Under the pieces are notes generated by a model, which was given only the letters and a program-made list of their open reading frames with translations, searched no databases and was not told where the DNA came from. From Polymyxa betae A26-41 (lineage: Eukaryota; Protista; Endomyxa: Phytomyxea), in the NCBI GenBank assembly GCA_003693705.1, contig RBZT01000673.1:1-64000 (forward strand): a stretch of DNA of 64,000 bases, given 5' to 3'. Below, piece after piece: positions 13,418 to 26,769 of the stretch. How positions within the stretch are numbered: the first letter of the stretch is position 1; each line of letters opens with the position of its first letter. The translations under genes were made by a program, and so were the position numbers.

Positions 13418-14070
13418 TCAACTGTATCCAATGCATAAGGTAGGTAGGTACTTGGAGTCGACCTTATTAGACATAGCCCGTCATCGATATGATCGCCGTC
13501 CAGCAAACCTTGCTCTTTCGATTCAGGATTTGAACTCATTTAGAGAGGGCAGCTATTACGACTGGTTTGGGAGATGGACAGATCGTCAACAGAAATTGTG
13601 ACTCTCATTATTACGGCATCATCGCTCGATTCTTTCTTATTAGAAAAGGTACTATCAGATCTGAAAGCAAAGCAACGATAGGACTCAAGGGATGCACCGC
13701 TCGAAGTTGGAGTTGAATACGATAGTTCCAAACGTAAATGGTTTGAAGGTTTGCATCACTTTTCAGACCGGTTTGCAAGCCGATTGAAATTCTGAATGAA
13801 AGCGAAAACATCAAGATGACATTGCAAACTATATAGCGAGTTCTGTGGTTGTATCAACTAGACAGATACGCTCACCATTAATGAATATTACCAGCTCCGA
13901 AAACGGGAGTAGAAGCTCCTGAGTATCACTAAGGTGATCAGCGGGCATAACTCAGGCCTAGTGCCATGGACATAGCACAACCTGTTGATACAAACAAATC
14001 CATCCAATGCAATCCACTTTTAGCTATTAGTTGGGCAAGAAACGTGCATGGTCACATTGCGATTTTTAAG

Positions 14071-14148
14071 CAACACACTCGTTCTAAAGGGCATATCAAG
14101 ACACTCGTTCTAAAAGGCATAGCAACACACTCGTTCTTAAAGGCATAG
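14071..14148. repeat. Tandem repeat, 3 x 26 bp (CAACACACTCGTTCTAAAGGGCATAT-like)
   Basis: Units at 14071, 14097 and 14123 with 2-3 differences each. Confidence 0.9.
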
Positions 14149-14251
14149 ATTTTCTGATATATGGAGGCAATTTTGGAAACTCAGGTTCCATAGAGTGACA
14201 GCCTCGTGGCTTTGGGTTCGGTGCGGAAGTGCGACTGCGTGATGTCGTCAG

Positions 14252-15574
14252 ATGTGCTTGTGTATGGCGTCACTGTGGGTGGTTCGTGACGCCATCTGCG
14301 CCTGCTTTGCGTTCTGGGTTGTCCTCGCCAGCTCAATAGTTATCAATATCCTCCAGTTATTGTCGCTGGTAATCTGTTGCGCCTCGTGGTCACAAGCACT
14401 CGCGTCGCATTGGTGGCGACTTTCTCAATTCATCACCGAGACCTGGTCTGGCGTTCGATTTCGCTTCACTGGCGATGATGTTTTCTTCAGGAAAGAAACT
14501 GTTGTAATCTTGTATAAACACGTAGTGTTGCCAATGTACTTTTTTAAGCTGTCATAGGTCGAATCATTCGCCGGGGATAGATAATCTTCCAGGCGTTTGC
14601 ATGTCGTCTCGCTCCATCGGTTGCGGCTCAGTTTGCACTATGATCAAATCGTCATTGAAAGTGGTACCGGGTCTGGGCTGGGTTAATTACTTGCAAGGGT
14701 CGCTGTTTTTGAGTCGGAATTGGATACTGGATCGGATTCGAATCGAGACCCGGCTGCGTCGTCTGCCTCGACCGCTCTGGGTGGGGATATTTCCAGATGG
14801 GACTCGGATAACGCCTGAGAAGCGTGCAGAATCTCAGCGGTTCGCTCGCGAGCGTAGTCTTCCTATCCTAAAGAATGTCCTGACGCCTCGAACGAAAGGT
14901 TTCGCTCTCGCTGTTCAAACGTAAACAGTTTCCACTTCAGATTTTTGCTTGCTCATATGAATATTTTTTATGATGTTTGTATTCTTTTTCTTCGTTGTTG
15001 CTGGGCGTTTCTTAACGTGTTAGTGTAGACTGGGTTCGAAACTCGATGCCATCTATGACGTAACGACGTGCTACGAAGGCTCCCCAATGTACTTATCAGA
15101 CCTGCTATTCCGCGGAGGCTTCCGAACCCGAGCTATCCACCTGCACATTCGTCGGGTTTCATCTCAAGATTTACCACAGAAAGAGGACGATATTGAACAA
15201 TGGCTGTATGTTTCAGAAACGTTCTCAGTTTACGCTTACTTATACTGGATAGGTATTCAGCTTTTGCAACGAAAGATGACATGATCGAAGGCTACAAGTC
15301 GACGGGCTCGTTTCCGGGGCCGAAGATTGATCGTCCACCAGACCACTCGGGACTGTTTCGGCTATTTGCCTGCTGGGCAATCGGACTGGCATTCACTGCA
15401 TTATATTTGACCTGTTTTCGCTCATCTTGGGCGTGGTTTTACTCTGCCCTGACGGTTGTGACGGTTTATGTAGCTTTCATGAGGATGCGGAAGCGCTTGT
15501 CTATCGCTTCTATCGGGATTCGTGACCAACAAGATCGAGCCCGGGCAATGAAAGGCAAGATACGAAAAGACTAA
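14252..15574 (+). CDS. Lysophospholipid acyltransferase (AGPAT3/4-LCLAT1 type)
   Basis: Spliced SNHSPGID (HX4D), KSSLKVVPGLGW, FLSRNW, IFPDGTR (FPEGTR variant), NVLTPRTKGF, AIYDVT, DDIEQWLY, and C-terminal TM helices. Confidence 0.9.
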
Positions 15575-15735
15575 CTTATTTTAGCTCGTCAATGCATTGT
15601 TATATTTATTTGACTGTGTTGTGAAGCGATAAGCGAAAGCAGTTTGGATAGCAACAGGATTAAATGTAGAAAGATAAGCAATTTTGTCCGCTTGCGGTTG
15701 GAACGCATTACGAATCACGCACAGCTTAAAACATC

Positions 15736-16136
15736 ATGGTTCGTCCTTTGAAGTCCAATTTTCGGCGCCGACGCCGAGCTGCTACATCGTCGCCTCAGAA
15801 CGACGAAGATGAGCTTGTTTGCAAGGTGCCTTTTCAACCAATGATTGATGCCACTGAAATGTCGGACGTTAGGGTTTTGCCAAAGCATTGGACCCTTTCT
15901 CTGTGATCGTCACCCTCAAACCCGCACAGACCCAATATGCTGCAGCACTTAACGCTGCAAATGTCCAACTCGGTGGTCAAGGACAGCCCGGTACTCCCGG
16001 CGAACCCATTCAATTTATTGATAATCATAATTGGCTGTTACATATCCCAGCCGGCCGAGAGGCGGCAAGACGTACAGTTTCGTTATTGTCTGGAATCCTC
16101 AACCAAGGGGCGGCGTTGCAGCTACTCTCCACCTAA
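15736..16136 (+). CDS. Small orphan protein (~117 aa, 2 exons) with basic RRRRR patch
   Basis: ATG 15736 exon joins in phase 0 (AAG|GTGCC..TTAG|GGT) to the ORF ending at 16136. Confidence 0.5.
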
Positions 16137-16356
16137 ACTACTCTACCAAGATGAAACTCAGTCAGACTAAATTAAAGCATCTGTACTGTAGCCTCGATTA
16201 ATCTTGCTAATTTTTATTCCTGTTTCTGTAATCTTATGTGAGTTATGTCAGTTTAAGTGTACGCAGTATTGCTTCTTGGTGTTGGTCGTCGCGCAGTCGC
16301 GCAACTTTATCTCCTTTATCTTCCCCTAACAAATAAATACTTCGATTTCCTTATTA

Positions 16357-16462
16357 GAGGCTGTTTCAAGCTGGCATTTATTGCGATAAATATTGCGGAA
16401 GCTGAAATCTGATTGGAGGTATCGATATATGCGTATCGGAATTTTTCACTTGAAACAGCCTC
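16357..16462. mobile_element. MITE, PIF/Harbinger(IS5)-type, 106 bp
   Basis: Perfect 14-bp TIRs GAGGCTGTTTCAAG (16357-16370) and CTTGAAACAGCCTC (16449-16462), flanked on both sides by TTA (16354-16356, 16463-16465). Confidence 0.8.
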
Positions 16463-17803
16463 TTACAAATCGTTTGTCACGTTGTTCAAATGCTCACCGA
16501 GCTCGACACCGCAATAGCGTCTCAACGTTTCATTCTATTTACAGCTCATAGAAATAACGAGTCTGATAAAATTAAATGACATCTTAATGTTCGGTTATTA
16601 CACTTATTATTGTACTAATGATACAGCTAGGTAGTAATATTTGTAGAATTCCTATTCTCGAAGACTAACTTAAGTCGATCATGTCTGAACTTTCCTGATG
16701 AATCGCCTCCTTCCTTGTATAATACCACAAACAGATAATTGCCATCAAAGTGTGGCTTAAGATATCGTTTTTCCCGAAACCATTTCCATCCGAAACCAAT
16801 AAAATAGTGTTGCAATTCATTAACTATGAGAATTCTTCTTTTTTTAAATACTGTAGGTGGACAGAGGAGTAGAAGTGCGCTCCACGGAGTTTCCTCATTC
16901 TTATTGTGATATTGTCGTAGAGAGAGGTGGATCTGAAGTGTAAACAGCGTCAAATGCCTAACAACCTCTTGCTGTAGTAACGAGCCATAAACATTAATAA
17001 ATTAAAACGTTTAACTGAAGGAGGAGAACAACGGACGGGTTAATGCTATGACAAAAATCAGGATGAAACGAAGTCATAAAATACACTTTTAGAGCTTATT
17101 TTTGTCCTTGAAAGCTAAGGTTGTGGTCGTTTCCCCTTCGTGCCATGCGTCTGAGAGTGAATGTAATTTTCCTTTCCGATGATAAAGGCTAAGAGGCGTC
17201 GGCATTTCAGACTCCAAATTATGGCTATGAATAGCTAGTAAGTACTATGACAACCAAAAATAAATTCAGGACGGTTCCTTGAGGCATGGACCGAGGTCGG
17301 ACCCCGCACCAAGAGCAAACTGGAGCCACAGAAGTAAAGATTACTGGATACAGGTTACCGCCAGATAAGATCCTGAAAGAGTCGTTCCCATTTCCGGATG
17401 AAAGACGGGAATGTGTCTGGCTAGGTTTGCAACAGGATAAACTGAATGACGGAACTTTTCTGCTGCCAGCATCCACCGAACGAACCGTTATGGGCATATG
17501 ATGACAAAAGGCTCACGAATGGCTTTCGATTGCAAGGATATCGCAGCCACAACGCAACAAGTTTAGACAACAATCGCAGATGAGCAAGACATGAGACAGT
17601 GAGCAGAAAAGATAAAGTTGGGGTCATGGGGCGGCCATGAATTGGTTATCGGACCCCATGAGGTTCTTGTTAGGTTAAAGAGTCCGCGCTTCTACTGCCT
17701 GTCAACGAGTCCTGGACGTCATCAGTTTCTCAAAACATTGACGCCGTCGCCATTATCGGCGCCATCGTGAGACGCGGGCCTAGGCCCGCCTGAAAACATT
17801 CTC

Positions 17804-20800
17804 ATGGACCCCACTCTTGATTCAGGTTCGGGCTGCTCGTCGGTGTCAGCAGCTTCTGACACCGTGTTCAGAGACGCTGTTTCTTCTTGTCGACTACCTA
17901 AAGCGAAATGAAACATTGGCGCCAGTTGCAGAGCAGCTTGAAATCCTCATCACCGAGCATAGAATGTTGGGATGCGGCGAGCGCTGGGATGGGACTTCAT
18001 ATACCCGCTCATACGACGATTTGGTATCACCGCGCTATTTCATTGCTTTCGATTCTGGGTTTTATCATAAAATCTTTGTTGAAATTTCCGATAGATTTGT
18101 GTTTCGTGTCGGAGCCGCTGTGCCTTCCAGCACAGGCGAATCGCAGCTTGCATTAACGTCTGGCTCAGATTCGGAAATTTCCGCTAGCGTCCACTGCGTT
18201 TCGCAATCGAATTCTACAACGTGGCGATGATGAAGAGCCCCGCCCGGCTTGGATCAGTCTGGCAGGGCAGCGTATCTTCCCTTGCAATACCGTTTTACGA
18301 CGTATTCAAAATCGTGCGCTCTATGGGCGTTTGCGAGCATGCCCACCGTCGCTTCACAGTCGATATCGTCATATCAAGACGACCTGGGGACATCATGGGC
18401 CAGTATTCTGTGTTGCTTTCGATCGGACAGGGAAGCGAGTCATAACTGGTAGATAGTTTACCCTACTTTCGTATTGTCCCTGATTGCCATTAGGATCCGA
18501 TGACCATCGCGTCAAAGTTTGGAGGACATGCGATGGCGCTTTGGAGTTTTCGCTATTGGGTCATACCGCTCCAATCAGTGACATTGCCGTTTCAGCCTGC
18601 AATATATTTGTCGGGTCGGCATCCGCCGACTTCACCGTCAGGCTTTGGTATCTGCGAGATGGCCTCATCGTTCGTGTTGTTCAGCTGAATGCAGAGGTTC
18701 GTGGCTGTTTTGCGGACCCTGCAGTTTTTTTAATCTTCGAATGTAAAGGTCACGCGTTTGGTCTTTCATTCCGAGTACGTCATCTGTACTACAATGGACG
18801 GATGTGCACATGCCTTGTTGCTAAGCGATGCTACCTCGCATGATGTGCTGACTGCACCACGCCCGGTTGCACAGCCGACGACTTGTGAGGCGTTGTCTGT
18901 CAGCATCAGCCCATGCCAGCAACTTTTCGCGGTCGGCTACAGTCATGGCCATGTCGGCTTCTTTTCTGTCGATCTGCTTGGTGAAGGGTTCATGAGTCCG
19001 TTCTCTGATGTTGATATTAGCACATCTGGAGAGATTGTCAGTGCCATTCGTGCTTTGTCTGATATCGATGCTGATGAGATGGTTCTAGGTGACGGTCGCT
19101 TTCAGCACAATATATTCAGAAGAATGCCCGCTCCGGATTGCTGTTGGAAGCCACTCTGGCAAATTCCATATTTTATCTCGGAATGACAATGGCCTGTTTG
19201 ATATCCAACATGCCTTGGTGCATAGGTTTGTTTGGGAGCTACATTAAGCATCCATCTTAGTCGTTTTGCAGTGAGATTCGCCAGCCTGAACCTGCGAACC
19301 TGGTCGTAATTTTGACCTGGGCAGCTGATGACACCAAGCTCGTCACGACCTATCATAACTCGATACATGTTTGGAGTACCATTTCGGGTTTGTGGATAGT
19401 TACGTTCATGGCGTGCTGTTTCTGACAGTGGTCTCAGGCGATCTACTTTTTCATCGCGCTATTCGCGGCCATGGGAGCGACATCCTTTCGATGTCTGTGC
19501 ATCCTGTATACAAAGACGCGTTGTTCACGGTTTCTGTCGACGGATCTGCTATCGTCTCATCACTTATCGATGGATCCGAAATCGTCAAATTTCCAGCAAC
19601 TGATATTTGTCAGTTTTTTTATCAGCTAATGTTTTCCTGAATGATTGACTTTCCCTTTAGATCAGCTGATCGACTGTTCGTTCTCTCCAAATGGCGACTT
19701 TATCTGTTAGCGGATGTCGTTGCTGTCACTGAAACTGTTCGGTAATCGATGCTTTCTATAGGTGCAACCAGCGATCTTGGACGATTGGTTTTTTTCGGCA
19801 CGGGCTCACGGCGCCGGCATGCTAAGCTTCCAGATTCACAATTTTTCACGTTTGAAAATGTGTGTGACTCCGTTGCTACTCCATATCCTCATTTGAACCT
19901 GTTACAGCCAGCAACCGACACCACGCTGAACGATTTGCATCATCGCGTGCTTTGTGATGCCGAATTCGAGGTTTACAATCTGCAGCCGCGCCATCTCATT
20001 CAGTCGTACATCGCTCATGATCTATCCGAAGCTGACAGCACTGTCGACTCTGATGATAACGAAGCCCTGAGGCCTCCTCCACCTCCCATTCCCTTTGTCG
20101 ACTTCGATGAGACCTCGTTTGATCCCCATGTGGCCATCTCCGTCGTTCAGGTTCCTGAGGCACCGGAACGTCATCTTTCGGAAGAAGAGGAGTCGTTTTC
20201 GATGTCGAGCGATACAGAAAACGAAGAGGAAGATGATATTGACGAAGCAGTCAGTGACGAAGATTTGGAAAGCTTTCAGATCCCTGCCAATCTTGAGATC
20301 GGCTCAGAACGTCGCGGCCCTAACACGAGAAGAACCCGGAGGCACGATTCTGGCAGTGATTCTGACCGGCCAATTCGTCGTCGAAATTGGCATTGGCAGA
20401 TCGAGGAAGCTGGGAATGCTCCAGATTCCGAAGCTATTCCTTACCGACGGCGACCCCGGCGGCGGCGCAGGGGCAGAAGGCAACCCGATCCGAGTCAGGT
20501 TTTGCAGATTACGAACGCCGTCAGCAATGCTCGCCCTACTCGTCAGCGAAGAGTTGAAAGGACCGCATCCCAGCAATCAGCTCTGTCGAACCGTTCGTCA
20601 AACCGGAACTTAAGAGAGTCGCTTCAGGCTCCTCTATCCGAGAACATCGTGAGTCATCTTCGAGGTCGCAGTAGGTCGTCTGCAGGATCGATTCCGCAAG
20701 AGCAAAGTGTCACCCCTGTGGCGGCCTCGGCGCAACGTCGAGTGATGCCAAGGAGACAGAATGTACTCAACAATCAGCAAGCGAATCCCGTCTCCGCAAG

Positions 20801-21422
20801 CCCTTCCCGGATTCGAACGCGCTCGTCGATATCAAGTGCAGCGGCTTTACCAAGTCTAGCAATCTCTGCTCGAGTAACACGGCAGAGTACAGCAAACTCA
20901 GGCGCTTCGGACCCAGGTACACCGCCCAGGCGCTCGTCTACTAGGGTCGTACCGCAATCAGACCAGCCGCTTCGTGCCAGACGGCCAAGAACTGAATTAG
21001 ATTCTGCTGGTTTGCAACTATCTAGGTCTGCATATCACACGCGCTCTCACTCCATCGTCGCTGCTGGCAGCTCTGTATATAACACGGCCGCGCAACCAGC
21101 TAATGATATTATCAGTCCTACATACAATACGCGATCTCAAGCGAACATTGCTGTTGTTGCTACTGGCCGGACAACGCGGACAAGTCAAATGGCTGTTGAG
21201 AGCTCCATTGTTTCTTCGCTAATTCCTCTAACAAGGCGTAATCATTCTAACTCCAGGAGTCCTCAAGAGGAGCGAGTTCGTGCTAGGTCGTTTACTCCTC
21301 CAAGGACCCGTAGTCGGCGTCGATCGCCTAATCGTCGAATCTGGCGAGAGCTCTCTGAATCGTCTGGAGACGACGTTCCTGTCAGGTTGCTACCGCGGCG
21401 ACGAATTAATGAGGAACACTAA
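17804..21422 (+). CDS. PHIP/BRWD-like WD40-repeat protein with long disordered tail and no visible bromodomain
   Basis: SE|TLFLLVDYL..RWDGTSYTRSYDDL and GHHGPVFCVAFDRTGKRVITG|SDDHRVKVW..GHTAPISDIAV match the PHIP/BRWD N-terminus. The last exon is acidic, then Arg/Ser-rich. Confidence 0.8.
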
Positions 21423-21997
21423 TTTTATAAACCCTTGTCAATGTTTTCAAAATTGTTAAAAGTATTGCTATGCTCAGCATTACTGTAGAACGTACGATTA
21501 GGTTTCGGAAATGACCTTTTCCGGTCATGGGATTGTTTTCGGGCGCTTCTAACCACTTGGGAGTTGTACAATGTGCTATTCTTTTTGAGTCTTAATTAAG
21601 TTTGAACTTGGCTTGGTTACACTATTTGCTCTCTCTGTCAAAGTGTAATTCGAATATCCATCTCAAGTCAAGACCATAGCAGCCATATCCGCCTTCTATG
21701 ATCACGCATTTCGAGTTCTATTTAAGAAAATCTCATTTACTGTTCGACATGCTGCAGTTACGATCGAAGACTAAAAAAAGAATCCCCTTTAACGCCTTTT
21801 CATGACACTATTGGCAAGTCGATCTACAGTAGGTAATGGCTTTGTTCAAGTTGGGGAAAATGGGGTCGTACTGTTCAGCGGATTTAATTTGTCGAAGTGC
21901 GTCAGTGCAGAGACGGTAATTAGACATCCAGCGGTCGTGGTCGGGAACTGGTCCGTCTACATTGCGCTCGTCTAGTACGACCGGCGACCGCAGCGCC

Positions 21998-23661
21998 ATG
22001 GCAACCGATGACGACGAAGCCGTCATCGAAATGGACTTCGGCGAAGACTCCCGGGCGGTCGTCACGGAACAGTTCAAGAAGCAGCTGCCGCCCGATTACG
22101 AATTTGATGAGGCGTCCTTTATTGAATTCATCATGCTTCTAGTCGCGAATAAGGTTTACCCTTGCTAGCCTCTCTTTTTGTTTTTTGTTGATACATCTCT
22201 AGAGGTCTAAAAGCCAAATCCGTCGCGAAATGGCTCCTTTTGTCGGCGATGACGCCGCCGCATTAGTTGACTGGCTTTTCAGAACCCTGAATGCCATGAA
22301 ACCTCCGGCTGCTGCTATCAAAGGCCGGCTATCATCGGTCGTGCTGGCCCCGAAGTCGGATCCCGCCGAAGAACCCACCGTCTCTCGACCAACGCATCGA
22401 AGATTGCCTAGCGCAACTCGTCTGCTAACGAACGCTGCCAAGGATGCTGCGAAGTCGACGACTGAACGAAAATCTGCATTCGGTAACGAATCACAAGTAT
22501 CGGTTGCTGAAAGGAAGGCTCGCTTTCAAAACGAAAATATTTCTCGCCCGATCGAGCTCCGAACTCGTCGCTCGTTAGATGATTCGCACAAGCGCTCTCG
22601 GTCTCCGAAGGCGGCTGTGATGGACATTGAAGCCAAACGTCTGAAGTCGCACATCCCGCAGAACCTTAAACATATCCTGGACAGGAAATTGTCACCTCCA
22701 TATCGCTCTGGATCGCTAGAAACGAGACGATCGAAGCCACACGATGGCGCCAAGCTTTTAAACCAGGAATCACCGTCGTCAGTCCAATTCTCTCGAACGA
22801 GTTTGTCGCCTGAATCTTCCGAAGTAAGACCGGCGCCGATTCGTCGGCCTCATGTCGATTCTGCCAAGCTGGCGAAGCTTCTGGATAGGAAGCTCTCATC
22901 GCCTGGAAGGGGATCGTTGCATGATGACGAAGATGTGCAGATGAGACATGTTGATAGCAAAACATTCACAGTTTCGATAAGGAACGATTCGGTCGAAGCA
23001 AAATTGAACGGCGCGTTGGAACCGGAAAAGGTGTCCGAGCCGAAAATCGTTTTTAAGCAGGCTATTGTAAAATCCGGGTTTGCTGCAAAAGAGGTACTGA
23101 AGCCAGCGGATACCCTTGATGCTGCGTTGCCACCAGCTAAGAAGCCGATTCGATGCACGTTCTGGCCCAATTGTGACAAAGGCGAAGCCTGCTCGTTCGT
23201 CCATCCTACTTCTCCTGTATGCGCTTTTAGTTTGATTTTGATTTTTTTTTAATCTGCGTTCAGTGTAAGTACTGGCCCAGCTGTCAATATGGTGACAAAT
23301 GTTTGTACATTCATGATAAGGTACCAATCGTGCTCCTTTTCAAATTTTTTTGTGAGAAATCTAATCATTTTGGCAGAACCTAACTAATGTCGCCATTCCT
23401 TGCAAATTCGGCTTGCAATGCACTCGTGGAGCAGAATGCAAATTCTCACATCCGCAATCAAACGGGCATGCCAAAGGCGAGAGCAAGATCTGCAGATATG
23501 ACAAAAGATGCTCGAAGATCTCTTGCCCGTTTCAACACCCGGAACGTGAGAGATCGGAATATTTCAATGAGACAATACGAGAGAACGACGATGATGACGA
23601 GGACGTGACCGTCGTGCTCTCGAGCACGTTGCCTCCGACACCACCAAGTCGGCCATACTAA
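21998..23661 (+). CDS. Nab2/ZC3H14-like nuclear poly(A)-binding protein
   Basis: N-terminal PWI-like region (EFIMLLVANK..MAPFVGDDAAALVDWLF) and four CX5CX4-5CX3H fingers (CTFWPNC, CKYWPSC, CKFGLQC, CRYDKRC). Confidence 0.82.
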
Positions 23662-23834
23662 CTGTCTATGGAATTTCCATTGCTTTCATTAACAAGACAC
23701 ACCTCAAAACAAATTTGCTTATATACATGTCATTGTAGAGTTAATTGCGCCAATACGCGATGCAGGTTTATACCTTAGCTAATAAAATAGATTTGAAGAG
23801 TTCAGCTGTAATACAATGAAATCGGAACTGGGTG

Positions 23835-25453
23835 CTATACAGTAGTCCTTGACGGTGAAGAATCCAGAGCCATTTGGTCAGAAGCCGGCGACGATGACCC
23901 ATTCGTTGCAGTACCAACCCCGCCTGTTGCTTCAGGAGTCGTACGAATTGGCGTTCTCGGTCCCTGCGATGGATCTTGCTCATGATTGATGAAGAAATTG
24001 AATACATCGCTCAGAGAGATGATTCCGGTAGCGATGTCGTTCTCGTCAAGCACGACGCATGCATGTTTTCGGCTCGACAAAAGCAGACAAAACAGTCTTT
24101 CTAGCGTCGTCGATTGCGTCACGGTAACCATTGTTTTCTAGAAAAAAAGGTGACTCGCAGCAAGGCGAAAACGATCAGCGGCAATACCTCGCGAACGGAA
24201 ACAACGTCTATTATGGGCATGTCAAACATATCATAAGTCATATCCAGAGCCAGATAGCGAACGTCGCTTCTCGAGTAAGCGTCGATGTATTTGCCTTCCG
24301 AATCGACAATGGGAACAGCGGGCGTGCGATTGATCCTGAGTATCTTCAATACGTCGATGAATTTCGTACTGCCCAGCGTCGTTAGGAATTGGTCGTGATA
24401 GCTTCCTACCGGAAGGTCCACAACCTGTTAAGAGAAAGTTCAGCAAAACGAAAACCAGTTTTAATGGAATTTACTTTAATGGAATCTAAAAGGCTTGACA
24501 GCCCACGTAGTTCCAGCTGATGCAGGATGAAGCGAAGAATTCTCTGTAAGTTATTTATACATAGGACGACGTTTTCCGGTTGCAGTTGCATGACCGGAAG
24601 CCTATGAATATTCTTCAGGAGGAGAACCCGAACTCCATCCAGCAGGGTATCTTCAGGAAGAGCATATAGCAGCGACGATTGTGGCAGTTGTAATTGGGAG
24701 ATGCTGCTGTTTTTAAGCTCATTCCATTGCCTGACAGTATAATCTCCCAACTTCACTGAAAATTTGTTATTCGATTCACGAAACTCATCCGAATCGTGAA
24801 AATGCAACAGAATAGCGTTCTGAGGACAAAGCCATTGGTTTGGAGAGCCATTCAGAGGACAAAATGCTTACGAAATCGGTGACTGTTATCATGCCAGAAT
24901 AATCTGCGATTCGCGAGTCCCAAACCGGTGCACATTTGATATCTATAAGGAATTACTGTGTTGGCTGAGGTTTAATCGTCGACAATGCCATTGAAAAACT
25001 TGTTCTACCGTGTTCGACAAGCCCGAAGAAGGCGTGCTTGATAGCCAATTCGGAATCAAATACGACAACCTTGCCGCTATCCGGAATGATATCCATGCAT
25101 GTGAATGACTTCAAAATCTCGTAAGTGACATCCCGGAACCGAATAACATCTTCGGATAGCGCCTTCGGCATGTAAATCGGACAACGACAAGGACCGAAGA
25201 TGAGATAAATGGCACCGAGTCCAAACAAGGCACACAGAGAGACAGAGATCAGATGAAGGATACAGAAATTGCGCTGTGTAGAAATAAGAAACTCATAAAA
25301 AATCGGCGTAACTTACCGAGATGATTCAGCATCGCAGTTTTTATTCGTAATGCGTCTTTCTTTGGTACCGGTAGCCAGCAGCACAGCAGACTGACTCTGC
25401 ACTACCCTAACCCTGATGCAATTGGTCAGTTGAAGAACGCAAAGTAATATCAT
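23835..25453 (-). CDS. AMPK/SNF1 gamma subunit (CBS-domain protein); 5' end uncertain
   Basis: TCMDIIPDSGKVVVFDSELAIKHAFFGLVEH, APVWDS, GMITVTDF, IHRLPV, AVPIVDSEGKYIDAYSRSDV, GIISLSDVF form four CBS motifs of SNF4/PRKAG type. Confidence 0.88.
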
Positions 25454-26769
25454 TGAAGTGGCACTTCATTGCCATAACGGGAGAGCGAGGCAAAGGTCAA
25501 AGCGTGGATGATGCTTATTGATGTTTTGCTCCTTGTCAATCGGCCCCGGCATGAAGGTTTCGGTACTCTTCGGAAGAGTTACGGGCAGTAAGGTCGGCGA
25601 GATTTTGGCAAAGGACCAGCAATGCTGGCCAGATGATATAATCATAATGTGCCGATTTCGTTGCGATTCCTCACGGTTGTAGAGATACGAGGCTAATGCA
25701 GCCGGTATACAATTGGACTCGAATCAGGAGGTCATCTGGAACATCGCTATCCAATGATGGATGATGTCAATAGTGTTCTGCGAATGCTCCACACAACTGA
25801 TGTTTATTGAGACCTCACTTCAGAAATTACTGAAGGCGCTACTCCGCAATTTAGAAAATAATGAAGCCGATGATCGCCACAAAGGTTACATAATTCATAT
25901 CAGGCCGGCTACATGCAGATTGGGTTTAGCATGGATAATCCATGTCTCGATGATTGGTGCAAGGGCAGGAGCTGATATCGTCCTTATACAAACAGCTCAG
26001 AGACTGAATGAAATATGTTAAAGATGGATTCGCCAAACTGCAGGAAAGCAGTTCAGCAGCAAAGCGCAAGAAGCACATCTAATAGGCATTGCAGAAACAT
26101 GGTCATTCAGAGGCGTTATCGACCTTACAAAGACGACGCAGGATGATCGAGCTGGCTAGCAGAACGATCGTGCTGGTGCTGCATTTCACAGCGTCCGCCA
26201 AAGATAATCTCGAGCTTGTATAGGTAGGAGCACCTCCGAAGGAATGGGCAATTTTCACTTCGTGTTGGACAACGCCACTATGGTAAAGTCGAGCTATTGT
26301 CGATGGCTCTTGGTCTTACACAGGCCTGACTTCAGTGCTGATTTACAGTGCTTAAGCAGAAGCAGCAATCAGAGATTAATCGGTTGGCTCCTCAGACACC
26401 AAAACCGGCAGTTCACTATTCCATTCAATCGTGATCATACAGAAGAGTCTCAGATCCTTGACATCCGATTCTCATTTTGTATGCAGACTATGCTTGCATT
26501 TCCTCGGATCCGAACTGAAGATTAAGGCGATTCTGGAAACGCGCGATAATCCGTATCATACGCTTGTCGCAGAAATGAGTTTAAATCATAGAGCCGCCCT
26601 CAAGATCATCATTGGATATTATATAATCTACAATCTTGTATTGAGGCGCGTGTCTCTCATCTTTGTACACTTCGTCATGGCATATCTAACTCGAATCTGC
26701 TTCATAACAAGGCATTGCCGTCTCAATTGCCGTTTTCGGCATCCGATATTGCAGCAATTACAATAGATT

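Noticed and set aside
16627-16953. 2OG-Fe(II) oxygenase suggested by LKPHFDG
   Set aside because: Only one short motif is present, with no distal His/Arg and no ATG start, in AT-rich intergenic-like DNA.
19070-19080. Hammerhead ribozyme core (CTGATGA)
   Set aside because: It sits at an intron branch-site position and lacks flanking stems and a paired GAAA.
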